Source: Candidatus Thorarchaeota archaeon (GTDB taxonomy: Archaea > Asgardarchaeota > Thorarchaeia > Thorarchaeales > Thorarchaeaceae). From it: a stretch of 64,000 nucleotides of DNA. The DNA lies in assembly GCA_016933575.1 (NCBI GenBank), contig JAFGAR010000064.1:96001-160000 (forward strand), written 5' to 3'. A program made the translations under genes and the position numbers. Positions 17,146-26,604 of this stretch are shown piece after piece; position 1 is the stretch's first letter, and each line of letters begins with the position of its first letter. The notes beneath the pieces were generated by a model, which saw nothing but the letters and a program-made list of their open reading frames with translations, ran no database searches and was not told the origin of the DNA.

Positions 17146-18186
17146 ATGTCGTATGGAGTACACGGTGATAAACTAATAGAAGTCAAGAACCTGAAGAAAT
17201 TCTTTCCTCTAAGTGGTGGAGTGTTTAGAAAGGTTCTCGGTTATGTGAGAGCTGTTGACGATATCTCTTTTGATATCTTTAAGGGTGAAACACTTGGTCT
17301 TGTTGGCGAATCCGGTTGTGGAAAGACCACAGCTGGTAGAACAATTCTAAGGTTGATTCCTGCGACAGCGGGTGAGATTCTCTTTGAAGGAGAAGACATT
17401 GTTAAGATGAAGCGAGGAGATCTAAAAGATCTCCGACGTAACATGAGTATTGTCTTCCAAGATCCCATGGCATCTCTTGATCCTCGTTTGACTATCAAGA
17501 ATGCTGTTGGTGAACCTCTTCTTGTGAACGGAATTGCGCGTGGTCACAGACTGCGTAATATGGTACTCGAGCTTCTTGAGAAAGTTGGTCTGAATGAGGA
17601 TCACCTGAATAGATTCCCTCACGAGTTCTCAGGAGGTCAAAGACAAAGAATCTGCATAGCGCGAGCTCTTGCTTTGAGACCAAAATTCATTGTAATGGAT
17701 GAACCAACATCCAGCACTGATGTCTCAGTTCAAGCTCAGACATTGAATCTTATGAAGGACCTACAGAAGGAGTTCGACCTTACTTATCTCTTCATCAGCC
17801 ATAATCTCAGTGTAGTAAAACACATGTCTGATAGAGTGGCTGTGATGTATTTGGGTAAGATTGTCGAAATGACTCCCAAGGATATCTTCAAGCAAGCTAT
17901 GCATCCATACTCTGCTGCACTAGTATCAGCAGTTCCTGTTCCAGATCCATCTCTGAGAGGACGTGCCGAGGTTCTAGCAGGGGAAGTACCAAGTCCTATC
18001 AACCCACCAAGCGGTTGTCGATTCCATCCTCGATGTAGGTTTGCTACAGAACGATGTAGTGAAGAAATTCCAGAGCTTCGCGATATGGGTGATGGTCACC
18101 TTGTGGCATGTCACTATGCTGGAGAGCTAGATCTTGGACATATTGAGGAATTAATTCCTGAAAGTGGAACAACTGTTCAAGTGTAG
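17146..18186 (+). CDS. dppF: Peptide ABC transporter ATP-binding protein DppF
   Basis: [27 protein letters not shown] and GCRFHPRC. Confidence 0.93.
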   Translation: MSYGVHGDKLIEVKNLKKFFPLSGGVFRKVLGYVRAVDDISFDIFKGETLGLVGESGCGKTTAGRTILRLIPATAGEILFEGEDIVKMKRGDLKDLRRNMSIVFQDPMASLDPRLTIKNAVGEPLLVNGIARGHRLRNMVLELLEKVGLNEDHLNRFPHEFSGGQRQRICIARALALRPKFIVMDEPTSSTDVSVQAQTLNLMKDLQKEFDLTYLFISHNLSVVKHMSDRVAVMYLGKIVEMTPKDIFKQAMHPYSAALVSAVPVPDPSLRGRAEVLAGEVPSPINPPSGCRFHPRCRFATERCSEEIPELRDMGDGHLVACHYAGELDLGHIEELIPESGTTVQV

Positions 18187-18269
18187 TAATAAAATGAAAG
18201 ATGTGAGCGTACCTTACGAATACCTGATAAGGACACGCTCTCATCATGTATTTCGGAGGAAATGACAAG

Positions 18270-18485
18270 TTGTCTTTTGATGATGAACGAATTGAAGACG
18301 AGGAAATTCAGCAAGCAGTTGATTGGCGTCACTATGGCGATCATGATCAATCTACTTCACCGGATCTTGAGGGTAAGGATATACTAGCAATATTCATCGC
18401 ATCAATTCAAACAATTTTTCTCCCACTTGTCATCTTGGCTATCTTCATGTTTGTAATTGGAATTCTCTTTGGCACCTTTTTCTAG
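18270..18485 (+). CDS. Small membrane protein, acidic N-terminus
   Basis: GGAGG SD before TTG 18270; LEGKDILAIFIA + long hydrophobic C-terminus. Confidence 0.6.
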   Translation: MSFDDERIEDEEIQQAVDWRHYGDHDQSTSPDLEGKDILAIFIASIQTIFLPLVILAIFMFVIGILFGTFF

Positions 18486-18499
18486 CGAGGTAGCGAAAC

Positions 18500-18838
18500 T
18501 TGCTTATCAAAGATATCGAACGTGGCTTACTCATAGCTACAGGTCTACTTATTTTGGATCTAGTTATTGGATTCATTATCAATATAATCAATCCACTCAT
18601 TCTTGCTTCTTCAACAGCAGGTGGGATAGCATTCCTCGAAGTTGGTATTGCCTTAATTGTAGGCGGCTGTTTAATGGCTAGACAACCCTTGGATAATAAG
18701 GATCGCTACACTGACAGTGGAGAAGATACACCTGCATGGAGAATGGCAAAACTCGGCAGAGTTATTCTAGTTACTGGAGCAATCCTCTTCCTATACACTG
18801 CAATAATTGCTCTTGCAGGACTCTACTCAATATTCTAG
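18500..18838 (+). CDS. Small 3-TM membrane protein
   Basis: Three hydrophobic segments; GAGG SD; co-directional with the dpp operon. Confidence 0.65.
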   Translation: MLIKDIERGLLIATGLLILDLVIGFIINIINPLILASSTAGGIAFLEVGIALIVGGCLMARQPLDNKDRYTDSGEDTPAWRMAKLGRVILVTGAILFLYTAIIALAGLYSIF

Positions 18839-18846
18839 AGTGGAAT

Positions 18847-19614
18847 CTAGAGTTTCAATCCCTCTTCCTTCTTCCTTGTTTTCAGGAACAAATGCTTTAG
18901 AGTATATGCCCCTCCAATGAGGATAACTGGTCCGAGAACAAAGAAGACCATCAATGCAACAGGCATCGAAACAGTTGAGATTGGAACGAATAAGTATGTA
19001 TAGGCGAATCCTATGAACAATGTGAATGTATAAGCCAATACTGGAAATATCTCTTCTCCCCAAGGAGCAAGGCAAAGTGAAATGATTCCTATGATCATTA
19101 ATTTCTTTATCCATTTCTGGATTGATCTTTGAGATATTCTGGCATATGCTAGGTCTCCAATAGTTAGTGTTTCGCAATTTTGTTCCACTTGCCACTCGAA
19201 CAATTGATTTGAAACCTCTAACTCTCCTGGCCCTCGAATAACGAAGACTGATAGGATTAGGAGGACCAGAGACGTACCTATTAATTGGTAGCTCTGGAAG
19301 AGAATATAAACGAGGATAACAGGAATTAGCCCAAGAGCAACGCCTAGAATCAATGTTCCGGTCATTGTCCGATTCATCATGAAATTTCTGAATCCTTCAG
19401 ATGCCTTCAGATAGTCTCCATAGACGACATTCTTCATTATCCACCGATGTGACTCACAGTTCGTGTATTGCTTCTTACCAGAGGTGTCTGGTTCACCAAG
19501 ACGATTAACCAAGGGTATAATGAATTCATTGACTGAAACTGATTGTCTATACCAATAATAGGCTACTAACAAAGATAGAGCCCCAAGGAGGATAAGACCC
19601 ACTGTCATGAACAC
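18847..19614 (-). CDS. Hypothetical multi-TM membrane protein
   Basis: 255-aa ORF with about 6 hydrophobic helices; no recognised motif. Confidence 0.7.
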   Translation of the reverse strand: MFMTVGLILLGALSLLVAYYWYRQSVSVNEFIIPLVNRLGEPDTSGKKQYTNCESHRWIMKNVVYGDYLKASEGFRNFMMNRTMTGTLILGVALGLIPVILVYILFQSYQLIGTSLVLLILSVFVIRGPGELEVSNQLFEWQVEQNCETLTIGDLAYARISQRSIQKWIKKLMIIGIISLCLAPWGEEIFPVLAYTFTLFIGFAYTYLFVPISTVSMPVALMVFFVLGPVILIGGAYTLKHLFLKTRKKEEGLKL

Positions 19615-19621
19615 CTAGAGG

Positions 19622-20449
19622 TCACCCTTTCATTTTTCTCTCAAGTACACCTAACCAGATGTCAACTAATAATCCTAAGTATGGTTCATCATTAGGAGTT
19701 ACACGTGAACCAACTAATAGATATACATCACCTAGCATCTTTGTTGGTTTTCTCTTACCAACCTTGAGTGTGACATCCTCGCCTGGTAATCTCACCAGAA
19801 AACCATGTTCATAGAATACTCTTGCTTGGTCAGAAAAATCATAGTCAAGATTCCCAATCGGTTCAGGATGCGTTATTAGTTCCGCTCGGTTCAAAAGTAC
19901 GTCAATGTAAAGAGATTCAAAAGCATAATTAGGAATTAGTCGTCTAGTATCAGGAAGTCCCCACTTTCTCATTGTCAGTTGACTTTGTTCAATGAACCCC
20001 GAAAAGTCTCCACCTTCTCCTTCTATCATAAGTCTTACGCAATCATCAAATGAAACTACAACATTGTTTGGCTGAACTTCCCATCTTTTGATACCCTTTG
20101 GATTGCTTATCTTTTCCGAGCTCTGATCCCAAGTGCAAAGCGGAATTGTTGACATCGCAAGCATCTTCTCAGGTTCCCAGATCTTACGCTCCATCATTTT
20201 CCATAATCTATCATTGACGACAAAGAGTGAGACCGAAACTGGTAGTAGTGCATTTACATTCTTCTTCAGAAAATCATCAATACCTCCAATAACGATCAGC
20301 TGGTCTATAATATTCTCTAATTGTTCATTGGAAATTATGACCTCATCATTGTTATCTAGAGCTACAGATTGCTTGTCTGTCAACCTAAAATCTATGTCAA
20401 ATTCATCTACTAGTTTTCGATATGCTTTTGCAGGATGTTCCGTTCTCAT
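19622..20449 (-). CDS. Hypothetical soluble protein
   Basis: 275-aa ORF, globular composition, 7 bp from the next gene. Confidence 0.7.
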   Translation of the reverse strand: MRTEHPAKAYRKLVDEFDIDFRLTDKQSVALDNNDEVIISNEQLENIIDQLIVIGGIDDFLKKNVNALLPVSVSLFVVNDRLWKMMERKIWEPEKMLAMSTIPLCTWDQSSEKISNPKGIKRWEVQPNNVVVSFDDCVRLMIEGEGGDFSGFIEQSQLTMRKWGLPDTRRLIPNYAFESLYIDVLLNRAELITHPEPIGNLDYDFSDQARVFYEHGFLVRLPGEDVTLKVGKRKPTKMLGDVYLLVGSRVTPNDEPYLGLLVDIWLGVLERKMKG

Positions 20450-20570
20450 TGCTTGTTCGTGTCACATAGAAGCTTAGAAAACAGTTTCGTTCAGGTCAAT
20501 TCCTAATTCATTCGGTTTCTTTCGATAGACCTAAAACCAATATAATGCTCATGAATTGTCTGTGAGTAAA

Positions 20571-21602
20571 ATGAACAAACTTTACGGACGTGACCTTATC
20601 ACAACACAGGATTGGAGTGTTGATGAGATTGAACAAGCTCTTAAGCTTGCTTTCGAATTCAAGGCTAATCGTTACGACCATCCTATGAACAATTGTCTAG
20701 ATCGTCGTACATTCTTCATGTTCTTCTATAATCCCTCTGTTCGAACTCGACAGTCCTTTGAAGCTGCAGCTACTGAACTTGGAGGACATGCCCAGTTCCT
20801 CGAGCCAAAATCAATGCGACTGAAATCATCAAAATCTGCTGGAGAGACTATAGAAGACGCAGCTCAGGTCATGAGTCGCTATGCTGTCGGAATTGGAATT
20901 CGAATTCTCGAAACTGCCATCGACTATTATGGTCAAGGCGATGAGTTACTCCGTCAGTATGCAGCCAATGCGAGTATCCCAATCGTCAGTATGGCTCATG
21001 ATAAATTCCACCCATTCCAAGGATTAGCTGATGTGATGGGATACAGACAACATGCTGGCAAGAATCTCAAAAGAAAGAAGATTCTTCAGGTGTGGGGAAA
21101 AGGAGCTCTTGTAAGGTCTTGGTGCAGTGTGCAGGAGAGTATCCTCATCAATTCTAGATTAGGAATGGATGTTACGCTTGCTTATCCAAAGGGTTATGAT
21201 CTTGATCCTCAAGTGATGAAATGGTGCAAAGAGAATGCTGAGGCAGCAGACAGCACATTCGAAATAGTTCATGATTTGGAGGAGGGTTACAAAGATGCGG
21301 ATATTGTGTACTCAAGGAACTGGATGACATCGAATTTCTATGATGATATGGCGAAGCATGGTGTTGATGAAGCAAAGAAGAATGAGATAGAGATCGCTGC
21401 TAAATATGATGATTGGATCACAACCAAAGATTGGATGTCAAGAACCAATGATGCATTCTTTACGCATTGTGGACCTGTTGACCGGAATGCAGAAGTCACG
21501 GATGAAGTCTGTGATGGACCGCGGTCAATCGTTTATGATGTAGCAGAAGCTCGTCTCCACGTACAAAAGGCTGTAATGGCACTTACAATGGGAAAACAAT
21601 AA
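20571..21602 (+). CDS. Divergent carbamoyltransferase (OTCase/AOTCase superfamily)
   Basis: PSVRTRQSF, HPFQGLAD, HCGPVDR, AEARLHVQKA; GTGAG SD before ATG 20571 (ORF open from 20556). Confidence 0.85.
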   Translation: MNKLYGRDLITTQDWSVDEIEQALKLAFEFKANRYDHPMNNCLDRRTFFMFFYNPSVRTRQSFEAAATELGGHAQFLEPKSMRLKSSKSAGETIEDAAQVMSRYAVGIGIRILETAIDYYGQGDELLRQYAANASIPIVSMAHDKFHPFQGLADVMGYRQHAGKNLKRKKILQVWGKGALVRSWCSVQESILINSRLGMDVTLAYPKGYDLDPQVMKWCKENAEAADSTFEIVHDLEEGYKDADIVYSRNWMTSNFYDDMAKHGVDEAKKNEIEIAAKYDDWITTKDWMSRTNDAFFTHCGPVDRNAEVTDEVCDGPRSIVYDVAEARLHVQKAVMALTMGKQ

Positions 21603-21607
21603 TTTTT

Positions 21608-21627
21608 GAAAGGGCTTCGGCCCTTTC
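21608..21627 (+). terminator. C(UUCG)G hairpin terminator
   Basis: GAAAGGGC-TTCG-GCCCTTTC just after the stop, followed by T-rich sequence. Confidence 0.6.
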
Positions 21628-21720
21628 TATTAGCCTTTCCAGTTCATTCTACTCAATTCTTTATTCAAACAAATTGTTTAAGCAAGACGTATATATCAGA
21701 GCTATATATTATACATTATC

Positions 21721-21836
21721 GAGCCGGGAGAAATCCAATCGCAACTATTGGATATGTAACTCTGAGAGAGAAGCTACATAGTTCAATTACTAGACTTGGT
21801 ATGGGAATGCTCATGTGGGCGCAATCTGCGCTCACA
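21721..21836 (+). ncRNA. Candidate structured non-coding RNA
   Basis: TATATA at 21690 about 30 nt upstream; hairpins ATCCAAT/ATTGGAT, ATGTA-CTCT/AGAG-TACAT and TGTGGGCGCA/TGCGCTCACA; no convincing ORF. Confidence 0.25.
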
Positions 21837-21838
21837 CC

Positions 21839-22924
21839 TTATTCTTCAGATATTTCGCTCCATCGATGACATCTAATCCAGTGGTCTGGTTCAACTTCTC
21901 TATCTTCTGGCACTTGTTCCTTACAGATATCAATTGCATATTGACAACGTGGATGAAATGGGCAACCTGTTGGTAAACATGCCAAGTCTGGCGGATCGCC
22001 AGGAATCCCTCGAAGGCGTGGTCTTTTGCCTGCTTTCATTTGCATCATTGCTATCGTTGGAAATGATGACATCAATCCCATGGTGTATGGATGTCGAGGA
22101 TTGTGAAACATCTGAACTGCAGGTCCCGACTCTAGAATCTTTCCGCCATACATTACAGCTACGCGATCTGCTAGTTCTGCAATGACTCCTGCATCATGAC
22201 TGATTAAGAGAAGAGAAACGTCGAACTCTTCTTTTATCATTCTCAGAACGTTCAGTATCTGTCGCTGCATTGTGACATCTAAGGCTGAAGTTGGTTCATC
22301 TGCTATCACCATGTATGGTCCAGCTATCAGTGCCATAGCTATCAGAATTCGTTGGCTCTCTCCACCACTGAAGCAGCCTGGATCTAAGACAAACCTGATT
22401 CCTGCATCAGCAAGTTGAACGATTCCAAGATATTCAAGAACTTTCTTTTTGAGTTCGATAAGCCGTATGTCTTCCTCATGGACTTCTATTGGCTCTGCAG
22501 TCTGATGACCTATGCTATGTTGTGGATTCAATGCATGTCCAAGTCCTTGAGGTATCATACTTATTTCCCTACCACGAATCTTGACGAGTTCCTCTTGTGG
22601 AAGTCTTGTTAGTTCTTTTCCCCTGAATGTTATTTTACCACGAATCCCCGGTCTATCAATCTCCCCATCAAGACCCTTATCGAATGCTTTTCTGAGATTT
22701 GGATCATTTGAAGCACCAGCTGCAAATCTAGCAACTTTTTCAAAAAGTCCAATGATTGAAAGTGCCATACTAGTCTTTCCCGATCCACTCTCTCCTAAAA
22801 GACCCAGGCACTCGCCTTCCTTGACTGTCAATGATACATCATCTACAGCCCGAATAAGGCCTTTATTCGATGGATAGTATGCCTTCAGATTTTCAATGAT
22901 GAGTATCGGATCACCCTTAGTCAT
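21839..22924 (-). CDS. Orphan DppD-like ABC ATP-binding protein
   Basis: GESGSGKT, FSGGESQR, IADEP, ISHD, HPY and CPFHPRC..C..C; insertion after Walker A; no adjacent permease. Confidence 0.88.
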   Translation of the reverse strand: MTKGDPILIIENLKAYYPSNKGLIRAVDDVSLTVKEGECLGLLGESGSGKTSMALSIIGLFEKVARFAAGASNDPNLRKAFDKGLDGEIDRPGIRGKITFRGKELTRLPQEELVKIRGREISMIPQGLGHALNPQHSIGHQTAEPIEVHEEDIRLIELKKKVLEYLGIVQLADAGIRFVLDPGCFSGGESQRILIAMALIAGPYMVIADEPTSALDVTMQRQILNVLRMIKEEFDVSLLLISHDAGVIAELADRVAVMYGGKILESGPAVQMFHNPRHPYTMGLMSSFPTIAMMQMKAGKRPRLRGIPGDPPDLACLPTGCPFHPRCQYAIDICKEQVPEDREVEPDHWIRCHRWSEISEE

Positions 22925-23096
22925 TAAAGCACCAGTGGCGGCGGTGGTTTTTCAGTTAATAAACAGTATCAAAGGAGCATTATAGGGATACCTTACAGAT
23001 ATTCTTAAACGGTGTTCTGTTTGACTAAGAAATAACGTAAAGACATCTCCTATGTCGGAGTAGGTCATACAACCTATCCTATTAGATTAATCCACG

Positions 23097-23145
23097 AACG
23101 CCTTGATGAAGGCTCTAATTGACAAGGAGTTGTAATCGAGGCGTT
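23097..23145 (+). promoter_or_regulatory. Long 5'-leader hairpin covering the SD of the acyltransferase gene
   Basis: AACGCCTTGAT/ATCGAGGCGTT 11-bp stem, GAA/GTA internal loop, GGCTC/GAGTT upper stem; ends 6 nt before ATG 23152. Confidence 0.45.
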
Positions 23146-23151
23146 TTAACC

Positions 23152-24288
23152 ATGGCACAAAATCGAGTATCTTGGGTTGATATTGCTAAAGCATTAGCTT
23201 TGATACTTGTTATTGCTGTTCATTCTATACCTCGAAATTTCTATTCTAGCATATTAACTGGTTTTGTAATGCCAGCATTCTTCATTCTTTATGGTGTCAC
23301 TCATAATGCAGACAAACACCGTGAGAATCTCACCGGTTATATTTACAACAGATTCCGTTCATTGATGATACCCTATGTTATTCTTTCCTTTGTCATGATT
23401 CTTATGTATACATTACTTTATCCCCAGATTGATTTTGGATTTACGCCCCTAGATACCTTGTTTTGGTTCTTCTATGGAAATGGTCCAATGGGTCGAATTT
23501 CTCACCTCTGGTTTCTCAGAACCATGTTTTTTGCTATCATTCTATTCTCTTTAGTTGACAAGTATCTTAACAATAAGCCTGAAATTTTGCGTTTCCCATT
23601 GATATTGGGTCTACCAGCAATTGGTGTATTTCTCAAGACTGCAACAGGGGTTGAACTAGTACCTTGGGGACTGGATGCTGTACTGATCTCGCTATCCTTC
23701 ATTATGATTGGTAATGAAATTCGCAAATTCGCTCATACATCGCCATGGACAGTAGATCCCATATTTGATGGGATTACAGTATTTCTGTCTCTGATTTTCT
23801 TCCTACTTCTCTCGATATCCAATGGATTTGTCAATATTGGTGAGAGTCTCTATGGTTTGTCGATATACACCTATTTACTGACGGGACTTCTTGGAACTTA
23901 TTGTTTAGGAATCATCTCATATCATCTGAGTAATCGAAGTTCTTTGCTTACAAAAGTTGCTCAAAGATGGAATCGATTTGGACAAGAGATTTACGAGCTT
24001 CATCCTCTCATAATAGAAGCTAACTATCAGTTTCTTGGAGGTCTTGTAGTCTTGAATGTTATAACCTACTACCCGGGTATACTCCTCTTTCTTGTCAATT
24101 TCTTTGCTGCTATGGTGGTCACATACTTTGCGTCTTCGAGAATCATATCAAAATCATCAATTCTTCGTCTTGCGTTTCTTGGTTGGAGTAGCACAAAACA
24201 TGTACCTACTAAGATAGAAGAGATTCCAACACAATCCATCTTAGAAGAACGGCAGGAGATTCTTGAAGAAAACGCTATATTAGAGTGA
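23152..24288 (+). CDS. Acyltransferase family 3 (membrane O-acyltransferase)
   Basis: RVSWVDIAKALALILVIAVH, FVMPAFFILYG, RFRSLMIPY, HLWFL, IYELH; about 10 TM; ATG 23152 preferred over TTG 23119. Confidence 0.88.
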   Translation: MAQNRVSWVDIAKALALILVIAVHSIPRNFYSSILTGFVMPAFFILYGVTHNADKHRENLTGYIYNRFRSLMIPYVILSFVMILMYTLLYPQIDFGFTPLDTLFWFFYGNGPMGRISHLWFLRTMFFAIILFSLVDKYLNNKPEILRFPLILGLPAIGVFLKTATGVELVPWGLDAVLISLSFIMIGNEIRKFAHTSPWTVDPIFDGITVFLSLIFFLLLSISNGFVNIGESLYGLSIYTYLLTGLLGTYCLGIISYHLSNRSSLLTKVAQRWNRFGQEIYELHPLIIEANYQFLGGLVVLNVITYYPGILLFLVNFFAAMVVTYFASSRIISKSSILRLAFLGWSSTKHVPTKIEEIPTQSILEERQEILEENAILE

Positions 24289-24351
24289 AATGTGCCCTTG
24301 CCAAATTATTATTTAGTGGTTTGATTATCGAAAATGGAGGATTGACGAGGT

Positions 24352-25536
24352 ATGAAATCCGCAGTCTATTTCACTGACCGACAAGCCCGTTCTGACTTCA
24401 ACATGCTTGATAAGATTGAAATTGTTTTCAATAAACTCGGTCTTAAGAAAGCAATCAAAAAGAATTCTAAAGTGATGATCAAGACCCATTTTGGAGCCTG
24501 GGGTAACACGAACTATTTGCGCCCTGCCTATGTTCGTAAGGTTGTAGACTTGGTTAAGGCTCTTGGTGGGAATCCATATGTTGTTGAAACGTGTGGACTT
24601 GGGTATGGATCTGGCGGTGCATACGGAGGTCGAACAACTGCGCCAGAGTATCTCAGTATGGCTGCATTGAATGGATTTACTGAAGGTTCTCTCGGAGCTC
24701 CAATTCTCATGGCTGATGGATACTGGGGCAATGATGTACATCGAGTCAAGATAAAAGGTGAACATGTCAAACATGTTGATGTTGCAGCCGCTGGTTTAGA
24801 TGCTGACGTGATCATAGTTCTGACTCATGCAAAAGGTCATGGTTTGAGTGGTCTTGGAGGAACGATAAAGAACCTGGGAATCGGTCTCGTTGGCAAAAGT
24901 GGAAAGGCTGCCATGCATTTTGATGGTAAGGTTACAATTGATCCAGAGAAATGTCTCGGTCCAGATTGCTCCCTCTGTCTCAAGGTCTGTCCTGTCCGTT
25001 GCATTACAATGGAAGAAAAAGCAGTAATTGACTTGAACGCATGTATCGTATGTGGGCACTGCACTGGTGTCTGTTTACGAGATGCAAAAGCGAAAGCCAT
25101 CTCAACAAAATGGCGAACCCCCAAAGATCAAGCAGTCCGATTTGTAGAGAACGCACTTGGTGTGATTGAACTTATCGGGAGGGACCGTTTCTATTATCTC
25201 AACCTAGCAATAGACATCTCTGATAAATGTGATTGCTGGAATGTTGGAGCTCCGCTACTTGTCCATGATATAGGAATCTTTGGCTCCCGTGACCCTCTCG
25301 CTTTGGACCAAGCTACACTCGATGCGATTAACGAATCCAAACCTAATCTTGAATCTGAGGCTAAAGATGTCCATGAAGGTGATTGTATCTTTGCTATTGC
25401 TCATAATCAGAAAGATCCAAAGACTGGAGAACTACTTGACTTTGCTAAAATCCAACTAGAGCATGCAAAGAAAATGGGACTGGGAAGTCGTGATTATGAC
25501 CTTGTGACTCTCACTAAGAAACCTCCGAAAAGGTAG
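24352..25536 (+). CDS. DUF362 family Fe-S protein with ferredoxin insert
   Basis: IKTHFG, THAKGH, GGTIKNLGIG, CSLCLKVCP, CIVCGHCTGVC, CDC, DIGIFGSRDPLALD. Confidence 0.88.
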   Translation: MKSAVYFTDRQARSDFNMLDKIEIVFNKLGLKKAIKKNSKVMIKTHFGAWGNTNYLRPAYVRKVVDLVKALGGNPYVVETCGLGYGSGGAYGGRTTAPEYLSMAALNGFTEGSLGAPILMADGYWGNDVHRVKIKGEHVKHVDVAAAGLDADVIIVLTHAKGHGLSGLGGTIKNLGIGLVGKSGKAAMHFDGKVTIDPEKCLGPDCSLCLKVCPVRCITMEEKAVIDLNACIVCGHCTGVCLRDAKAKAISTKWRTPKDQAVRFVENALGVIELIGRDRFYYLNLAIDISDKCDCWNVGAPLLVHDIGIFGSRDPLALDQATLDAINESKPNLESEAKDVHEGDCIFAIAHNQKDPKTGELLDFAKIQLEHAKKMGLGSRDYDLVTLTKKPPKR

Positions 25537-25593
25537 AGCTAGTATGAGACTTCACTGTGAAGATTAATATCTAAGACTATATCGTTGCGTAGC

Positions 25594-26118
25594 ATGACAA
25601 ATCAGTCGTTTAGAGAGGAACTCATCCAAGCTCATTTAAAGATGAGAGCACATCTATATCGCATTATAGAAGGATTGACACAGGAGATACTTCTGAAAGA
25701 GATTTCAGACGAAGCCAGCTATCCCCATATGTTATCACTCATCTGGCATATCGGTGGTGCGGAGACCTACTGGTTTCACCGAGCAGGTCATGACATTGGA
25801 CCAAAATTTCAGATTGAGAAGTATGAAGATATTCAGAAGAATCTTCATGCAAATACTGAAGGTATCAGGCGAGTTGTTAGAGGGTGCGATGATGACCAGA
25901 TACAAATCATCTCTCCAACAGAAGATGGTGGACCCAGTGTAGCTTGGTGTGTTTTGAGAACCTACCAACATGGTCTGTATCATACTGCTCAGATCTCTAA
26001 GATTCGCCATATAATTGAAGAAATACCTCCATTGCGCACTGATGAAGACACTTGGAGTACTGGAGTAGATGCAGTCATTGAAATAATAAAGAAGTTCTCT
26101 CCTGCACCTCGCGAATAA
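25594..26118 (+). CDS. DinB/YfiT family protein
   Basis: WHIGGAETYW and HGLYHTAQI His-triad pattern. Confidence 0.75.
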   Translation: MTNQSFREELIQAHLKMRAHLYRIIEGLTQEILLKEISDEASYPHMLSLIWHIGGAETYWFHRAGHDIGPKFQIEKYEDIQKNLHANTEGIRRVVRGCDDDQIQIISPTEDGGPSVAWCVLRTYQHGLYHTAQISKIRHIIEEIPPLRTDEDTWSTGVDAVIEIIKKFSPAPRE

Positions 26119-26133
26119 TAGTTACACAGATTC

Positions 26134-26511
26134 CTAAGATTCATACTTTTTGATTTTTTTACGCAAAGTATAGGATCGGTACGTTCTGATTGGTGCCCAA
26201 ATAGTTAGTGGAGCAATCATGATGATTAGAATGAATGCCATCCAAAATCCATTCTGATAGATTGGATTCATGTAGAACAGCACCAAGAACGGAAGTAGTG
26301 TTGTTGAAAAAATTACAAAAAAGATTGAACTAACCAGAAAATCGTTAAAATGTGCAGCATCGTAACATCCACTTGAGCACCACATTCCCCTTCGAAATAT
26401 ATCGTTTTTCCAATCTTCCCCCTCAAGAGATCCACACCATCTGCACCTTACTGCTTTCTTTGGGTCCACTGTGACCAACAAACTGACCCTCCTTTGAACG
26501 ATTAGTGGCAA
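26134..26511 (-). CDS. Zn-finger (CxxC...CSxxC) 2-TM membrane protein
   Basis: CRWC...WCSSGC then two hydrophobic helices and a basic tail. Confidence 0.6.
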   Translation of the reverse strand: MPLIVQRRVSLLVTVDPKKAVRCRWCGSLEGEDWKNDIFRRGMWCSSGCYDAAHFNDFLVSSIFFVIFSTTLLPFLVLFYMNPIYQNGFWMAFILIIMIAPLTIWAPIRTYRSYTLRKKIKKYES

Positions 26512-26604
26512 TAACCGAAGAGATGGAATCCAACAACTCGTATGAATGAAGATTTTTGAACTTTGTTAGTGTTCATTGTATCTATTCAAATCAGCGAGAG
26601 TTAC

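Noticed and set aside
21606-21869. 87-aa ORF
   Set aside because: It runs through a terminator hairpin and TATA-rich DNA, has no SD, and overlaps the convergent gene.
23097-23145. SECIS element (GAA internal loop)
   Set aside because: There is no in-frame TGA in the flanking genes, no AUGA/GA quartet, and no selenoprotein candidate in the window. Kept only as a leader hairpin.
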